NCBI GenBank assembly: GCA_964252075.1 | Contig: CAXULY010000007.1 | Location: 32,001-96,000 of the forward strand | Length of the DNA stretch: 64,000 nucleotides | Direction of reading: 5' to 3' | Origin: an uncultured Deinococcaceae bacterium | Lineage (GTDB): Bacteria; Deinococcota; Deinococci; Deinococcales; Deinococcaceae | Part shown: positions 62,255 to 64,000 of the stretch, piece after piece | Layout of the letters: each line of letters starts with the position of its first letter | Numbering within the stretch: the first letter of the stretch is position 1 | Made by a program: the position numbers and the translations under genes | The notes under the pieces: model-generated | Seen by the model: the letters and a program-made list of their open reading frames with translations, nothing else | What the model was told of the DNA's origin: nothing | Databases searched by the model: none

Positions 62255-62332
62255 GTTCTTCTCCTGCTAGGGGGTGGACTCAAAGAAGGGGGCTTGCTTT
62301 CCTAGGGCGTGGCCCCCTTCTTTGGTGCCTTT

Positions 62333-62394
62333 ATGTTACGGTATACCGTATCAATTGTCAAGCGCTCTACCGTTACTCAATAACGGTGTACAGT
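62333..62394. promoter_or_regulatory. Divergent promoters with two palindromic operators
   Basis: Leftward TTGACA-N17-TAACAT; rightward TACAGT-N5-ATG; palindromes TACGGTATACCGTA (62337-62350) and ACCGTTA-N5-TAACGGT (62369-62387). Confidence 0.75.
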
Positions 62395-62399
62395 GAGTT

Positions 62400-62639
62400 A
62401 TGAGCGCTATAAAAGTACGTTTGTCAGAAATCCTAGGCAGGCATCGGGTGAGTCAGAGACAGCTTGCGGAACAGGCCGGAATTCGCCCAGCCACAGTGGG
62501 CGCCCTCTACAACGAGCGGGTGAAAGGCATTGATTTCTCTACCCTTGCGGCGCTGCTGGACGCGCTTCACACACTCACTGGTGAGCGGTACACGGTGTGT
62601 GACTTGCTCAAGCACGAGTCGGAAGAGGCGAGTGCATGA
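62400..62639 (+). CDS. Cro/C1-type XRE helix-turn-helix regulator
   Basis: RLSEIL....SQRQLAEQAGI..ATVGALYN....IDFSTL. Confidence 0.88.
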   Translation: MSAIKVRLSEILGRHRVSQRQLAEQAGIRPATVGALYNERVKGIDFSTLAALLDALHTLTGERYTVCDLLKHESEEASA

Positions 62640-63853
62640 GTGACCAGGAAGGCAAGCCACGGGAGCGCGAGCGCGCCAATGGCCTTGGGAGTGTGCGTCA
62701 GCTGCCCAGTGGGAAGTGGCAGTGGTCCGTGACGGTCGGTCGGGACGCGGACGGGAAGCAGCGCCGCAAGACCGGGACAGAGAAGCACGAAACGGCAGCG
62801 AAGAAGGCCCTGGCTGCTGCCCTCGCAGAAGTGCAGCGCGGCGCCGTCGCCATCCCCGAAAAGCTGACCCTGGGTGAATGGCTCGACCGCTGGACGGAGC
62901 TCAAGAAGGCCGCGCTTTCTGAAAGCACGCGCAGCAACCACGAGGGGTTGATACGCCTGCACATCAAACCCGCGATCGGTCGTGTGCGCCTCCAGACCCT
63001 CACGCCACGCGACCTCGAAGGGTTCTACGCCGAGCTCGTTAAGAAGAAGCTGGGAACCTCGATGCAGCGCCAGGCACACAACGTTATCCATGCCGCGCTC
63101 AGGCACGCCATGAAGCTGGAACTGGTCATGCGGAACGTGGCCGACGTTGTGCGCCCCACGCCCACGCGCGCCACAGTGGAGGATCAGGCTTCAAAGGCCC
63201 TTACGGCAGCAGAGGCGGGCAAGCTCATTCCCGTACTCGAGGCTGACCGCTGGGGCGCCGTGTTCCTTTTCATGCTCTATACCGGCCTCCGCCGTGGCGA
63301 GGCGTGCGGACTGCGCTGGGCCAATGTGGACTTCGAGCGTGGCCTGATTCGCGTCCATGAAAATCTTGTGGCTCAGAACGGCAAGGCGAGCGTCACCACG
63401 CCAAAAACCGCCAAGAGCCGCCGCACAGTTCACTTGGCGCAAGAGGCGCTGTCGCTGCTCCGTCGGCAGCAGGAGACGCAGGACCTCGAGCGCCGCGCCC
63501 TATCCGAAGCCCGGACCTCCGGCAAGGAGCGGAAGCGCAGGTGGCAGAACACCGGCTACGTCTTTACAGCTCTGTCAGGGGTACGCCTCAATCCAGAGAA
63601 CCTGAAGCGCTCACTTGACCGGCTGTGTGAAGGAGCCGACATCCGGCACATTACGCCACACGCCTTCCGGCATACCTTCGCCTCACTCATGCTGGCGCGC
63701 GGCGTGCCCCTTGAGGTGGTGAGCGAGAAGCTGGGGCACAGCCGCCCGAGCTTCACCGCCGACGTTTACCGGACAGTCTACGAGGGCGAACACGAGGAAT
63801 GGACTGTTGACTTCTCTGAACTCCTTCGCCCCAGATCAAGAGCGCTCAACTAA
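62636..63853 (+). CDS. Tyrosine integrase
   Basis: N-terminal RANGLGSV arm domain; TGLRRGE, KT, HAFRH, LGHS, VY catalytic residues. Confidence 0.96.
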   Translation: MSDQEGKPRERERANGLGSVRQLPSGKWQWSVTVGRDADGKQRRKTGTEKHETAAKKALAAALAEVQRGAVAIPEKLTLGEWLDRWTELKKAALSESTRSNHEGLIRLHIKPAIGRVRLQTLTPRDLEGFYAELVKKKLGTSMQRQAHNVIHAALRHAMKLELVMRNVADVVRPTPTRATVEDQASKALTAAEAGKLIPVLEADRWGAVFLFMLYTGLRRGEACGLRWANVDFERGLIRVHENLVAQNGKASVTTPKTAKSRRTVHLAQEALSLLRRQQETQDLERRALSEARTSGKERKRRWQNTGYVFTALSGVRLNPENLKRSLDRLCEGADIRHITPHAFRHTFASLMLARGVPLEVVSEKLGHSRPSFTADVYRTVYEGEHEEWTVDFSELLRPRSRALN

Positions 63854-63862
63854 AATGGGCGG

Positions 63863-64000
63863 ATGGCGCGATACGTTCTAATGCAGAACTGGTCCACCGA
63901 CCTTGCCGGAACAACGACCGCCCAGGTTGAGGCAGCGATCCGAGCCACTGTGGCCACGTACGTCCCTGGCGTGGCGATCATGTCGGTCAAGCTCGAACAT
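63863..64000 (+). CDS. Partial ORF running off the window end
   Basis: MARYVLMQNW..., open for 46 codons to the edge. Confidence 0.4.
   Translation, partial: MARYVLMQNWSTDLAGTTTAQVEAAIRATVATYVPGVAIMSVKLEH

Noticed and set aside
62331..62347. RDRM at the element's divergent promoter (starts TTATGT)
   Set aside because: The right half does not match; the ACGGT/ACCGT palindromes explain the region better.
63871..63889. RDRM-like sequence downstream of the integrase
   Set aside because: Half-sites are spaced one base too far apart and lie inside a probable ORF.

Overview
High-GC bacterial chromosome segment, almost certainly Deinococcus: many genes have a TANNNT -10 box 5-7 nt before the start codon (leaderless), a 17-bp RDRM-like palindrome sits upstream of uvrD, and the tRNA nucleotidyltransferase looks like the split CC-adding type. 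Positions 1-53,800 are core/metabolic genes: bcp, tsaD, uppP, a GT2 pseudogene, uvrD, an Rrf2-linked sulfate assimilation operon (DUF4395-sulfite reductase-cysC-cysH-sat-ABC), SAM-I riboswitch-metH-metF, glgX-treZ-treY, sppA, an mhqR-like locus, a sugar ABC transporter and metG. From 53,845 to the window end is an integrated element bounded by the 3' half of tRNA-Ala(TGC). It has a phage-satellite (PICI-like) layout: xis-like HTH, primase-helicase with an iteron-like array, small terminase only, an XRE/ImmA pair, small ORFs and a tyrosine integrase; its right end lies beyond the window. Best leads: (1) an unannotated leaderless Met-rich leader peptide with a terminator/antiterminator pair upstream of metG; (2) the satellite-like island, including a low-GC XRE-ImmA module divergent from a structured 5' UTR and a 49-aa ORF missing from the ORF track; (3) IscR-type-1-like operators on the sulfate operon. 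All family assignments come from motif recognition by eye; no database searches were run.
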